A stretch of 64,000 nucleotides of DNA from Candidatus Sumerlaeaceae bacterium. Lineage in GTDB: Bacteria; Sumerlaeota; Sumerlaeia; Sumerlaeales; Sumerlaeaceae. Under the pieces are notes generated by a model, which worked only from the letters and a program-made list of their open reading frames with translations, was not told the DNA's origin and searched no databases. The stretch covers positions 32,001 to 96,000 of the forward strand of contig JBPCLP010000025.1 in NCBI GenBank assembly GCA_051003195.1, read 5' to 3'. This document shows positions 17,799-28,500 of the stretch, in pieces. How positions within the stretch are numbered: the stretch's first letter is position 1; each line of letters opens with the position of its first letter. The position numbers and the translations under genes were made by a program.

Positions 17799-18030
17799 GG
17801 TGAAGCCTACACTCCCTGGTGCGTATTCGTCATACGATGATGTTCGAAAAAATGTTCCGGAGCGACACCAGGTGTGAAACCTTCGAGCGCCTGCGCACTG
17901 CGTAAACTCACCCCATTGGTTTGCGGCCGGGAACAGGAAAGCAAATACGACTGATATATCGGTGCAGAAACGTTGCAAACACCTGTAGCGCTTAGCTTAA
18001 CAGATTCGCCCTTTGGAGGGGCTGCACAGA

Positions 18031-19230
18031 TTGAAGCCTGAGAAGCAGGGAGTCTCGACCCGCGCGGTCCACGCCGGCGAACCCGACCCACAGTACATGA
18101 ACTCCATCACCACGCCGATTGTCATGACGTCATCCTACACGTTCGAGAACATGCAGGACGTGCTCGATTACGTCACCAAAAAGGTCGACCGCTTCGAATA
18201 TGGCCGATATGGAAACCCGACCACGGCCGCCGTGATTAAGAAGCTGCGCGATCTGGAGGCCGCCGAGGACGCGGAAGTGTTCGACAGCGGGATGACCAGC
18301 GTGAGCTGCACACTGCTGGGCCTGCTGAAGAATGGCGATCACATGGTGATCACCGATGACGCTTATAAAAAGACGCTGATGTTTTGCGAAAAGGTGCTGC
18401 CTCGGTTTGGCATCCGGGCGACAATCGTCAAGATGGGCGATTATGACCAGATGCAGGACGCACTGAAGAAGAACCCGGACACCCGGATGGTCGTAAGCGA
18501 GAGCCCTACCAACCCATACCTTAACATCGCCGACATGGATGTGCTGTGCGAGCTGAAGGAGAAGTACGGGTTTATTCTTGCCATGGATTCGACCTTCGCA
18601 TCGCCCGTGAACCAGCGCCCCCTGGAGCAGGGCGCGGACGTGGTGATGCACTCAGCCACCAAATACCTCGGCGGACACAATGACCTGCTTGGCGGCGTCG
18701 TACTGGGCACGAAAAAGCATATCGAACAGGTGCGGGATTACCGCAACACCACGGGCGGTGTGATGGACCCAATGACGAGCTATCTGCTGCTGCGGGGTCT
18801 GAAGACGCTGGCATTGCGCATGGAACGGCTGAACGCGAATGCGACTCGCATGGCCACCTGGCTGGAGACGCATGAGAAGGTTCGCCGCGTCTACTACCCG
18901 GGATTGCCTTCGCACCGCGATTATCTAAAGGCGCAGAAGTACATGAGCGGCTTTGGGGGCGTGGTCACTTTCGAGTTGGCCACGCATAGCTTCGAGGAGA
19001 TCAGTGCGTTCCTGTCGAGTATGAAACTGTTCAAGATCGGGCCCTCGTTCGGAGGCGTGGAAGCCCTTATCACGCATCCGTATACGATCTCGTACTACGA
19101 CTATCCCGCAGAAGAACGGAAGCGTCTCGGCATCCTGGATGAGCTGATCCGCATGTCCATGGGCATTGAGGATTTCGAGGATCTGCAGGCGGACGTGGAA
19201 CAGGCGCTTGTTCACATCAAGCCAAGCTAG
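18031..19230 (+). CDS. metB: Cystathionine gamma-synthase / Cys-Met metabolism PLP enzyme
   Basis: YGRYGNPT, ESPTNP, DSTFASP, HSATKYLGGHND and GPSFGGVE; exact specificity uncertain. Confidence 0.8.
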   Translation: MKPEKQGVSTRAVHAGEPDPQYMNSITTPIVMTSSYTFENMQDVLDYVTKKVDRFEYGRYGNPTTAAVIKKLRDLEAAEDAEVFDSGMTSVSCTLLGLLKNGDHMVITDDAYKKTLMFCEKVLPRFGIRATIVKMGDYDQMQDALKKNPDTRMVVSESPTNPYLNIADMDVLCELKEKYGFILAMDSTFASPVNQRPLEQGADVVMHSATKYLGGHNDLLGGVVLGTKKHIEQVRDYRNTTGGVMDPMTSYLLLRGLKTLALRMERLNANATRMATWLETHEKVRRVYYPGLPSHRDYLKAQKYMSGFGGVVTFELATHSFEEISAFLSSMKLFKIGPSFGGVEALITHPYTISYYDYPAEERKRLGILDELIRMSMGIEDFEDLQADVEQALVHIKPS

Positions 19231-19324
19231 CCGCAGCCGGTTTGCCGGCATAAACAGCTAAGAATAGAAAGCAGGTAAAGGAGGCAACGCGGAGAACTGT
19301 TTTCTCTGCTTAGCTCTGTTTTGA

Positions 19325-19864
19325 ATGGAACCCGCCATGCATCTTGAACTGGTTGATCCTACCGAAGAGTACGAAGCGGAGTATGATGCGATGATCGCCG
19401 AAATACTCGCTGACGGGAACACTTGCGGATACAGCGGATACATGTTGCACGACCGTGGCGATTCTAATTTTGCCCAATATGTCGGTAAACTGCGGGATGA
19501 GGCTGCAGGACTGAACCTGCCCGAGGGCCGGATACCACAAACAACATTCTGGCTGCTGGAGAACGGCAAGCGACTCGCCGGGGAAATCCGGCTGCGGCAC
19601 ACACTCACGCCGTCTCTACTGCAGAGGGGTGGAAATATCGGTTATATCGTACGTCCGAGTTTCCGGAACCGCGGCTGCGCAACTTTCATGGTGCAGCAGG
19701 TACTGGATCGGGCGCGGAAACGGGGAATTGACCAGGTTTTAATCACTTGTGACGCCGAAAACGCGGCATCGATAAGCGTCATTCAAAAATGCGGCGGACA
19801 GCTGGACGAGCAGAAGGTCACGCCCGACCAGGACTGGCTCCGTTTCTGGATTCGCCTGGTGTAA
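19325..19864 (+). CDS. GNAT family N-acetyltransferase
   Basis: RLRHTL..SLLQRGGNIGYIVRPSFRNRG and TCDAENAASISVIQKCGG. Confidence 0.88.
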   Translation: MEPAMHLELVDPTEEYEAEYDAMIAEILADGNTCGYSGYMLHDRGDSNFAQYVGKLRDEAAGLNLPEGRIPQTTFWLLENGKRLAGEIRLRHTLTPSLLQRGGNIGYIVRPSFRNRGCATFMVQQVLDRARKRGIDQVLITCDAENAASISVIQKCGGQLDEQKVTPDQDWLRFWIRLV

Positions 19865-19896
19865 TAACAGCCCCAGCATCCCCGGTTAGTCGCGAT

Positions 19897-20519
19897 TCAT
19901 TGCCTCAGCTTCAGCGCGATCGCCTGGAACTGCTCCAGCGCCGCAGCCAGGTCGTCGGCAATCTCCTGCGCCAGCATATCCGGCGGCGGCAGGTCGTCAG
20001 TGTCCTCGAGCGCTTTGTCCCTGAGCCAGAACAAGTCCAGGTTCGCCTTGTCGCGCTTCATCAGCTCATCATACTCATAGCAGCGCCAGCGCCCGTCGCT
20101 TTATGCTCGTGTCGATTCCTGGGACCGCCGGCATCCTTGCCGGCTTTCCTGGGAGCGTCGGCATCCTTGCCGGCTTTCCTGGGAGCGGCGGCATCCTTGC
20201 CGGCTTTCCTGGGAGCGTCGGCATCCTTGCCGGCTTTCTTTCCTTTCCCCGTCTCCTCTACTTTGCCTTCCTCATTCTCCCCAAACCAGCAGCTCACAAA
20301 CTCATCCAGGTGATGCCTGCGCAGCGGATTCGTCTTCAGCGTGAAATGCATGTTCGTGCGCAGGTCGTAAACCCACAGCCTTGTCGTCCACGGCTCCTCG
20401 CGCGCAGGTTTCGCATCAAAGGACAACACGTTCGCCTTCACGCCCTGCGCGTAAAACAAAGCAGTCGGCAGACGCAGCAACGTGTGCACATCAAACTGCT
20501 GCAGCAGGTTGCGCCGAAC
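19897..20519 (-). pseudogene. hsdM: C-terminal remnant of a type I R-M methyltransferase (HsdM), frameshifted
   Basis: VRRNLL..DVHTLLRLPT.LFYAQGVKANV...WVYDLRTN in one frame, then DGRWRCYEYDELMKRDKANLDLFWLRD...LPPPDMLAQEIADDL in another; no N-terminal part. Confidence 0.85.
20116..20235. repeat. 4 x 30-bp tandem REP-like repeat inside the hsdM remnant
   Basis: TTCCTGGGA(C/G)CG(C/T/G)CGGCATCCTTGCCGGCT x4; palindromic core CGGCA-TCCT-TGCCG. Confidence 0.95.
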
Positions 20520-20711
20520 GAAAGGCCCTGGTGGTGCTGTTACTCAGAACTTGTCAAGATCGAGAGGCTGAGATTCACCACGCTCGTGCTCTTTGCGAGT
20601 GAACCACGAATGCACTGGCGGAGGACTCAATGGATAACCTGTCAGTCAAATCTTCCGTGACGTTAGCAACTTAATTAGTGAAAACGTCAACCGTTGGCTG
20701 TTGAAAACAAC

Positions 20712-20795
20712 CGACACCGGAGGTGTCGAACATGACTAGCCGCAGGTGCAACCTGCGGGTCTTGAGCGTAATATCCCCACGACCCTGAAGGGGTC
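20712..20795. repeat. Triple-hairpin REP-like element
   Basis: CGACACC-GGA-GGTGTCG, CCGCAGGT-GCA-ACCTGCGG and GACCC-TGAAG-GGGTC. Confidence 0.7.
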
Positions 20796-20862
20796 TAACA
20801 AAGATAGAAGGTTTTTCAACAGCCCGAATTGATCGATTGTTTTCTCGATACTGCATCTGGCA

Positions 20863-22521
20863 TCAGCGGTACGTTTCCGCGTGTGCCTGTTTGTACAACT
20901 CGACAAATATATCTGGCCGCACTACCTCGTAATCCTTTGGCAGGCGTCGAGTATATTCTGTCAGACGCGTCGGTCCGGTCTGAAACCCATTAAAGCCGAG
21001 TACGGCAAATGCGGGCCGGGCTGGCGGAATGCGCGTAATAACTTTTTGCACCCATGTGGTTATCTCCTGGGCAGATTGAAGACCGACGGCCGCGGAGCCA
21101 AAGTTATGGAAGGCGGGTCTCCTCCTGCCATCCGGTGTATCGAACCAGGAAAAGGAATTATCGTATGCATCGGTGCGCGGCTCAGCTTCCAGAAACATCG
21201 ACGCGAGGTGCGGAAGCCGATTGAAGTAGCGCTCAATGGCGGGTGTGTTCATCCACCAGTTCCAAACTTCGCGCGAATCGCACGCGTCCATGTAGATGCC
21301 GGTGGCGTCCAAATAGGCATCAAAAAGCCTGGCCGGGTGGGGAGTCGACGAGCCGTAATCAGCCATGACGTACCCAAGCCCGGAGCATGCGGTCACGAAG
21401 AAATCCTGCGGCGTGGCGGTCTTATAAAAGTGCTCCAGTACTTTGGGACAGAGATCAATCATCGCAGGACTGAAGTTCCACCCGATGGGGATTTGCCCGC
21501 GTCCAGGCTGGTTCCACAACAGTGGTCGGATCTGCGCGAAGCCGGATATGTTGTCCCCATCGGAAAGCAGGTACGTCACGTAGACTTTAGCTGGATCCAG
21601 CTTGAGCATCGGTGTGGGACTCTGCTTCAAAACCGGTGCAGGAAACCCCGAATGAAAGCTGAGATTTCCCGGCGAGACAACCGGCACAAGAAAGTGCGCA
21701 TGATCTGAAAAGAACTTCACCACAGCGAGTTCATCCAGTCCCTCCAGCCCTGAACCCGGCGGTGACGCTGGCCACCACGATTGCCATACACCGAGGATGC
21801 CGGTATTCGCACTGGTTCGGCTTATGACCCGAGCATAGCTTTCTTTGCCAGCATCTAATGCGAATGTGGATTTATCCATCCAGAAGCAGATTGCCGAGTG
21901 AGCAACCGCGTAGTCAGTTGCGTAGTCCGACCATGGATGGCGGTGAATGAGAACGTGGGTGCTGAATTTGTCCTGAGCGGTACCAAACCAGTCGAGTGTC
22001 TGCAGTCGGTTGATCCATTTGCCGCGGGCGTCTTCCCGCACAGCCAGTTTCAGAACCTCGTTCCGATCCGATGTGACCGGCAGCAGGCGTTTTATACCAC
22101 AAAGGGTGGTGAACACATTGAGAGCATGAGCACGCTCGGGATCAGACCAACAGGCCTCGTCGTACAAAAGTGCACCCTCATAGGACGATGCAAACCGGGT
22201 AAGCGCGGTTGATGAAGTGATGGTTTCAAATTTCAGGCCCTCGCTGGCGAGGATTTCGTGCCACCAGTCTTTCAGCTGTGCGGCGAGAGCGGGATTTTCG
22301 TTTCCTTCATAGCTGGCATCGCGAATGTAAATGCGTGGCTGTGTGCGGTTGACCAGACCCTGTAACACGTGCAGCGTGAAGCGCGACTGCGTGGTTTCTC
22401 CGTCGGCGTTTATGTAGCAGATAAGACTCGCGGGATGCGGTGATTTAGGAAAAACCGTTGCGCGATCCGGTTTGTTCAGAATTCCAGATAATGCAGCGAG
22501 TACTATTGCGAGAAGCCTCAT
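20863..22521 (-). CDS. GxGYxYP-family putative glycoside hydrolase
   Basis: LQGLVNR, NLSFHSG, LSDGDN, RGQIPIGW and SGLGY motifs. Confidence 0.78.
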   Translation of the reverse strand: MRLLAIVLAALSGILNKPDRATVFPKSPHPASLICYINADGETTQSRFTLHVLQGLVNRTQPRIYIRDASYEGNENPALAAQLKDWWHEILASEGLKFETITSSTALTRFASSYEGALLYDEACWSDPERAHALNVFTTLCGIKRLLPVTSDRNEVLKLAVREDARGKWINRLQTLDWFGTAQDKFSTHVLIHRHPWSDYATDYAVAHSAICFWMDKSTFALDAGKESYARVISRTSANTGILGVWQSWWPASPPGSGLEGLDELAVVKFFSDHAHFLVPVVSPGNLSFHSGFPAPVLKQSPTPMLKLDPAKVYVTYLLSDGDNISGFAQIRPLLWNQPGRGQIPIGWNFSPAMIDLCPKVLEHFYKTATPQDFFVTACSGLGYVMADYGSSTPHPARLFDAYLDATGIYMDACDSREVWNWWMNTPAIERYFNRLPHLASMFLEAEPRTDAYDNSFSWFDTPDGRRRPAFHNFGSAAVGLQSAQEITTWVQKVITRIPPARPAFAVLGFNGFQTGPTRLTEYTRRLPKDYEVVRPDIFVELYKQAHAETYR

Positions 22522-22693
22522 TATCTGTAAAATGTAGCTAATAACGTCCGGTGCAAATCGTTTTTGCTGGGGAGTTAGGGGAGTTACGGGGACGTGGACG
22601 ACCGTTCCCTCTGCGACGCTTGAGGATCAATTTGCGGGACGTCGATTAGACAACTACTTCTGTATATCAGCGGAGCTCCTGATGTTTTTCAAA

Positions 22694-25381
22694 CTAACAT
22701 TCGTTCCAGTTAACCCCCGCGCCGGTTTCAACGACGACGGGCACATCCAGCGGCAGCGCATTCTGCATTTCCGTCTGGACCAGTTCGGCCAGGCGATCCA
22801 GCTCGGTCTTTGGTACGTCAAAGACCAGCTCATCGTGCACCTGCATGATCATACAGGTACGAAATCCTTCCTGTTTCAGCCGGCGATGAATGTTGATCAT
22901 GGCGATCTTGATCATATCTGCACTCGTGCCCTGGATGGGAGCATTTGTAGCCATGCGCTCCGCGGCGTTGCGCGCATTAAAGTTTCGTGAATTGATGTCG
23001 GGCAGATAGCGGCGGCGACCGCTGACCGTTTCCACGTAGCCGCGAACCTTGGCTTGTGCCAGGGTGCTGTCGAGCCACGTCCGCACGCCCGCATAGCCTC
23101 GGAAGTATTCCTCAATGAAAGTCTTGGCGGTCGCGAAAGGGATCTTCAGCCGCTGCGACAGTCCCTGGGAACTCATGCCGTAGATCACACCGAAGTTCAC
23201 CATCTTGGCGACGCCGCGCATCTCGCTTGTGACGTCCTCGTGTGCGATGCCGTAAACCTTCGATGCGGTGAGTGTGTGAATGTCGAGGTTCTCCTGGTAT
23301 GCCTGCACGAGCGCGGGATCTTTGGTTACATGCGCGAGCACGCGCAGCTCGATCTGGGAATAGTCCGCACTCAGCAGTACGTTTTTTTCGCGATCGCATG
23401 GAACAAACCCCTGCCGAATTTTGCGGCCGAACTCCGTGCGAATTGGTATGTTCTGCAAGTTGGGATCACTGGAGGAAAGACGCCCTGTCGCAGCAACGGC
23501 CTGGTTGTAAGTGGTATGGATGCGACCCGTCGCCGCACAAATCAGCGTGGGCAGAACATCGACATAGGTGCTTTTCAGCTTTTCGAACTGGCGATAGTCG
23601 GCGAGCAGTCGCGGCACCTCGTGAACTTCAGCCAGCTCCTCGAGTACCTGGATGTCCGTCGAGTACCCGGTTTTCTTCGACTTTACCGGCTTGAGCTGCA
23701 AGTCCTCAAAGAGTACCTGCGCGACCTGCTTAGGCGACCCGATATTAAACTCGCGCCCGACGGATTTCCAAATCTGGTCCCGCAGGCGTTCGAGATGCGC
23801 GTCGGTTTCCCTCGCCAGGTCGCGGAAGTGCGGCACGTCGATGCAGACGCCGCAGTCCTCCATGTCCATGAGGACCGGGACAAGAGGCAGCTCAAGTTCC
23901 TCGAGAAGTTTTTTTGCGCCGGCCTCTTCCGTGCGGGGCTCCAGATCATGCGCGAGCTGCAGCGTCATGTCCGCGTCCGCGGCTGCGTACTGCGCGGCTG
24001 CGTGCACATCGACTTCGTCAAAGGTGATCTGGTTTTTGCCGGAGCCGATCAGCTCCTCGATGCGGGTCATTCGCACACCGAGCATGTCTGCGGCGAGGTC
24101 TTTCAATCCGTGGTTGCGGCGGTCTGCATTGATCAGGTAGGATGCGAGTAACGTGTCGAACACGACGCGGTCGATTGGCAGGCCGTGGCGGCGCAGAAGA
24201 CGCCAGTCGTACTTGGCGTTATGCGCGATCTTGTCGATCGCGGGATCGAGTAGAAGCGGGCCGAGTTCCTGCCGAATAAGCTCCAGCGGCAGTTGCTGCA
24301 CTTCCGCTCCCCCGCCCATGGCGCCGACGTGCATCAGCGGAATGTAGACGGCGTTGTTGGGCTCAATACTGAGCGAGATTCCAACCAGCTTGCCGAGAAT
24401 TGTATCGAGCATATTGCTTTCAACGTCCAGCGCCACACGGCCAACCGTGCGTATGTCCTGGCAATACGCCTTCAGCGCTTCCGGAGTATTGATGATGCGA
24501 TAACTGATCTGGCGCTGGGACGTTTCGAGGTGCAGGTCCTCAAACAGTTTGCGAAATTCAAGCTCGCGGTAGATCGGCGCAAGGAGCGCAACATCAGGGG
24601 CTTCCATGCAGCAATCGGCGATATTGAATTCCACGGGCACATCGTAGCGAAGAGCAACCAGCTGGCGTGATAGAATCGCGCTTTCACGTCCGGCCTCCAC
24701 GTACTCACGCTGTTTGCCTTTCAGCTTTTCGGTATTGGCCAGCACCGCTTCCAGTGTCTGGTATTCCTCGAGCAGTGCGCATGCGGTCTTTGGACCGACG
24801 CGTGCAATACCGGGAACATTGTCGGAGCTGTCGCCAATCATCGCGAGGAGGTCGCCGACCTGCTCGGGGTACACACCCATTTTCTGTTTGACGCCTTCGC
24901 GATCAAACTCCGTCTCGGCATCGGGTTCAAGGCGCAGCACACGCACCTGGTCGTTAACGAGCTGGAAGAGGTCCTTATCGGCAGTCACTATCCGCACATC
25001 ATAGCCCTGCCGGGCGGCGGATTGACAAATGGTGGCAATGATATCGTCGGCCTCGAAACCGGGCATCTGCAGAATAGGGATACGCATCCCTTGCAGGATC
25101 TGCATGATGTAGCCCATCTGCTGACCAAAATCCTCGGGCGGCGCGAGCCGGTTTGCTTTATAGGCATTGTACATTTCGTGGCGGAACGTAGGTCCGCCGG
25201 AATCGAAGACGACTGCCATGTGCTGCGGGCGATGTGTCTTGAGCAACTTGTGCAGTATCTGGGTAAACCCAAAGACCGCATTTGTCGGTATGCCGCTGGA
25301 GGTGCTCAGCCGCTGAATTGCATGGTAGGCTTTGAACACCTGGGAATGGCCATCGATGACGTATAAAATCGATTCTGACAT
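22694..25381 (-). CDS. polA: DNA polymerase I
   Basis: 5'-3' exonuclease (IDGHS, EADD, GDSSDN), 3'-5' exonuclease (LDVE, HNAKYD, YAAAD) and polymerase motifs (ADYSQIELR, NFGVIYG, QVHDEL). Confidence 0.97.
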   Translation of the reverse strand: MSESILYVIDGHSQVFKAYHAIQRLSTSSGIPTNAVFGFTQILHKLLKTHRPQHMAVVFDSGGPTFRHEMYNAYKANRLAPPEDFGQQMGYIMQILQGMRIPILQMPGFEADDIIATICQSAARQGYDVRIVTADKDLFQLVNDQVRVLRLEPDAETEFDREGVKQKMGVYPEQVGDLLAMIGDSSDNVPGIARVGPKTACALLEEYQTLEAVLANTEKLKGKQREYVEAGRESAILSRQLVALRYDVPVEFNIADCCMEAPDVALLAPIYRELEFRKLFEDLHLETSQRQISYRIINTPEALKAYCQDIRTVGRVALDVESNMLDTILGKLVGISLSIEPNNAVYIPLMHVGAMGGGAEVQQLPLELIRQELGPLLLDPAIDKIAHNAKYDWRLLRRHGLPIDRVVFDTLLASYLINADRRNHGLKDLAADMLGVRMTRIEELIGSGKNQITFDEVDVHAAAQYAAADADMTLQLAHDLEPRTEEAGAKKLLEELELPLVPVLMDMEDCGVCIDVPHFRDLARETDAHLERLRDQIWKSVGREFNIGSPKQVAQVLFEDLQLKPVKSKKTGYSTDIQVLEELAEVHEVPRLLADYRQFEKLKSTYVDVLPTLICAATGRIHTTYNQAVAATGRLSSSDPNLQNIPIRTEFGRKIRQGFVPCDREKNVLLSADYSQIELRVLAHVTKDPALVQAYQENLDIHTLTASKVYGIAHEDVTSEMRGVAKMVNFGVIYGMSSQGLSQRLKIPFATAKTFIEEYFRGYAGVRTWLDSTLAQAKVRGYVETVSGRRRYLPDINSRNFNARNAAERMATNAPIQGTSADMIKIAMINIHRRLKQEGFRTCMIMQVHDELVFDVPKTELDRLAELVQTEMQNALPLDVPVVVETGAGVNWNEC

Positions 25382-25564
25382 GTCGTCCTTGCTACATTTG
25401 TATTGTGGCGGCACTCATGTTTGCACAGTACGCTGGTTAGAAACTGGTTACCCTTTGTTGCACAGTCGAATAATTGTGCACTTTATTACGGCTGCAACTG
25501 CTCAAAAACCCAGCAATCGTCTTGACACTGGTGACTTGTACGTCCCATCCTTTTCCCGTTAGCA

Positions 25565-28500
25565 TTGCCCGTAGGCAATCTCTATGAGCACCTCATGACA
25601 GGTCCATATCACAAGTCTGTTCTGCCAAACGCCGGTATAAACGCCGATCGGCTACTCGAAACACTTTTCGATAGTGTGCGTGATGGAGTAGCAATTACCG
25701 ACGACCAGGGGCGGATCATCTGCTGCAACGCTGCGCTAGCCATGCTCGGGCAGCGGCCTATCAGCGACATTATTGGACATACGCCCGCGGAATTGTGGAA
25801 ATCCGTTGGCAATCAAGGTGAGACATCCGGAGAGACGACGGCTCGCGAGGACATTATCGAGCGGCCGGACGGCTCCCGTCGAACCGTTGCCGTCCGGTGC
25901 TACGAGTTAGGCGGGGAGCCTGCCGCAACGGCCGTCCTGTATCGAGACATTACACACCTGAAGCTGCTGGAGCGACGCGGCCGCGAGTCCGATAAGCAGT
26001 ATAAGTTATTGCTGGAACACGTGAATGATGGAATTCTGATCACACAAAATGACACCATTGTTTACGCGAATTCGCACCTATCGCAAATGCTTGGCTGCCA
26101 TCCGGCTGAGCTGGCGCTTCTGAATCGCAAAGACCTTGGATACAGTGGCGGCGAAAGCGACAGCAGCGAGAGCCGATTTGAGACGATCTTTACACGGAAG
26201 GACGGCTCGACGATCGATGTAGAAATCGTGAAGTCGGCTGGCTACTACGCAGAGGAAGCTGCGGTATTTGAAGTGGTGCGCGACATCACGAGGCGACGCC
26301 GTATTGAGCGTCGATCGTCGGTGCTGTTGCCTCTCGGACAACGTCTGAATCTCGCGAGCACCGATAAGGAAGTGGCGCGCGTTACACTCCAGGCTGCGCA
26401 GGAGTTGATCGGATGGCATTCCAGCACGCTGGAACTCATGGAGCATCCGAACAGTCACATTCTGCATCCGGTCATCTTCTTCGATACGATAAACGGCGAG
26501 ATCACTGAAGTGCCACCCCCGACGCAGGCTTGTCGCGTGGACTCGCTTGCCGCACGTGCGTTACAGCAGGGACCGCTGCGTATAAACCGTAAGCCCGATG
26601 AGACTGCTGAAGGTTACCGGGCATTTGGCGACACCAGCCGGCGTTCGATGTCATTGATGTTTGTGCCAATCCGCGGTGGTGACGATACTGTAGGTGTTAT
26701 GTCGGTGCAGTGCTATGATGCAGATTCATACACCGATGAGGACCTGGAAGCCTTGCAGGCACTGGCCGAGCATTGCAGTGGCGCACTGCAGCGTACCGTC
26801 GCGCTGGCAAGCTTGCGATCGAGCGAGCAGCGGTACCGGCAGATGTTCGAGAAGAACCTGGCGATCAAACTGGTGCTGGAACCGGGGACGACGCAAGTTG
26901 TCGATGCCAACCCGGCGGCGTGTCGATACTACGGCTACTCGCTGGAACAGCTGAAAAACATGCGATTTTCCGACGTTACGGTTTCGGAGCACGTGGAGAT
27001 GTTCAGCCATTTCAATGATGCAATGGCTGAGCAACAAGCCGTTTTTACTGCAAAGCATCGGCTATCATCAGGCGTTCGCAGAACGGTCGAGATTTCAGCA
27101 AGTCCACTTGAAGTAAACGGACGCACGTTGCTGCATACGATTCTACACGACGTGACCGAACGCGAACGTGCGGTCGCGCAGGTCGAAGCGCTGGCTGAAT
27201 TGGGCCAGAGGCTGAATAGCGCCCTGAGTTCAATTGAGGCAGGCCGCATCCTCGTTGATGTTGCGGATAAACTGATTGGCTGGGATGCTTGTTTCGTCGA
27301 CCTGTTTGCGTCGGACGTGGACCAGAACGCGATGAAGCCGGGTCATCTACTGTTGCCGGTTGTTCATATCGACAATGTGCGGGGTCAGCGCCAGGAAGTG
27401 GCGCCTCTAAATTCCGTGCTTCCAGCTACGTCTATCAGCTACAGGGTACTCCAGGAAGGCGCTTACATGATTTTGCGCAGTCCAGGGGAGATGAAGCTGC
27501 GGCCAGGGCAGATGTTCGGCGATTCCGGTCGTCCGTCTGCATCGCTGATGTACGTTCCAATCCGAGGGACAGCCGGTGTGCTTGGAGTCCTTTCGATCCA
27601 GAGTTACAAATTCAACGCGTATACAGCGTCCGATCTCCAGATGCTGCAATCGCTTGCTGATCATTGTGGTGGTGCTCTGGAGCGCACGCGCGCTGAAGAA
27701 CAGGTGCGGCTGCTGGAAAGCGCGGTTCGCCTGTCGAGCGACATGGTAATCATTACGGCGGCCGATCCAGGCAGCCCGACCGGCACACGCATTGTGTTTG
27801 CGAACGATGCCGTGTGCCAGGCCACCGGGTATTTGCGCGAGGAATTAATGGGGCAGTCGCTTGCAATTCTGCAAGGACCGGATACCGACCGTGAAGTGCT
27901 TGCGCAGATGCGAGACGCGCTGCAGGCGGGCAGCGCAATCACGGTCGAGCTGACGAATTACAAAAAAGACGGCACAAAGTACGTGGTCGAATTCTCGGCT
28001 TACAGTATCTCGGACGATTATGGCCGCCCGCGTTATTTCGTCTCGGTGCAGCGCGACATTACCGCCCGCAAACGCACTGAACATGAGCTTGTACACCGGG
28101 CGTTCCATGATCCGCTCACAGGGCTGGCAAACCGCGCCCTGTTATTCGAGCGGCTCGAGCACATCCTCGCGCGATCCAGCCGCAGTAGCGAACGTTTTGC
28201 CGTGCTGTTCCTGGACCTCGATGGATTCAAGGCAGTGAATGATCAGTTTGGCCACGACGTTGGTGACCTGCTCCTGGTTTCGGTCGCCCGCCGGCTTGAG
28301 ACATGTGTGCGCCCCGGAGACACGGTGGCCCGACTCGGCGGCGACGAGTTCGTGATCCTGCTGGAAGGCGTGGAAAGCAACAATGACGCAAAGTGCGTCG
28401 GGGATCGTGTGCTGGAGGTGTTCAATACCAGCCATGAAGTCGGCGGACATACGCTGATGTGCGGCGCAAGCATTGGAATTGCGCAGCAGCCGCAAGGGCG

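Noticed and set aside
17800..18030. SAM riboswitch upstream of the metB-like gene (also looked for upstream of metK)
   Set aside because: No recognisable SAM-I or SAM-II core elements by eye; an Rfam scan would settle it.
19256..19315. Imperfect 19-bp inverted repeat between the metB-like and GNAT genes
   Set aside because: Three mismatches and a single copy; cannot distinguish a terminator from an element remnant, so it is not listed as a feature.
20116..20235. 30-bp repeats as a CRISPR array
   Set aside because: The units are directly tandem with no spacers, and no cas genes are present.
20520..20660. Possible C-terminal remnant of another gene on the minus strand (...WFTRKEHERGESQPLDLDKF*)
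   Set aside because: Too short and no recognisable motif.
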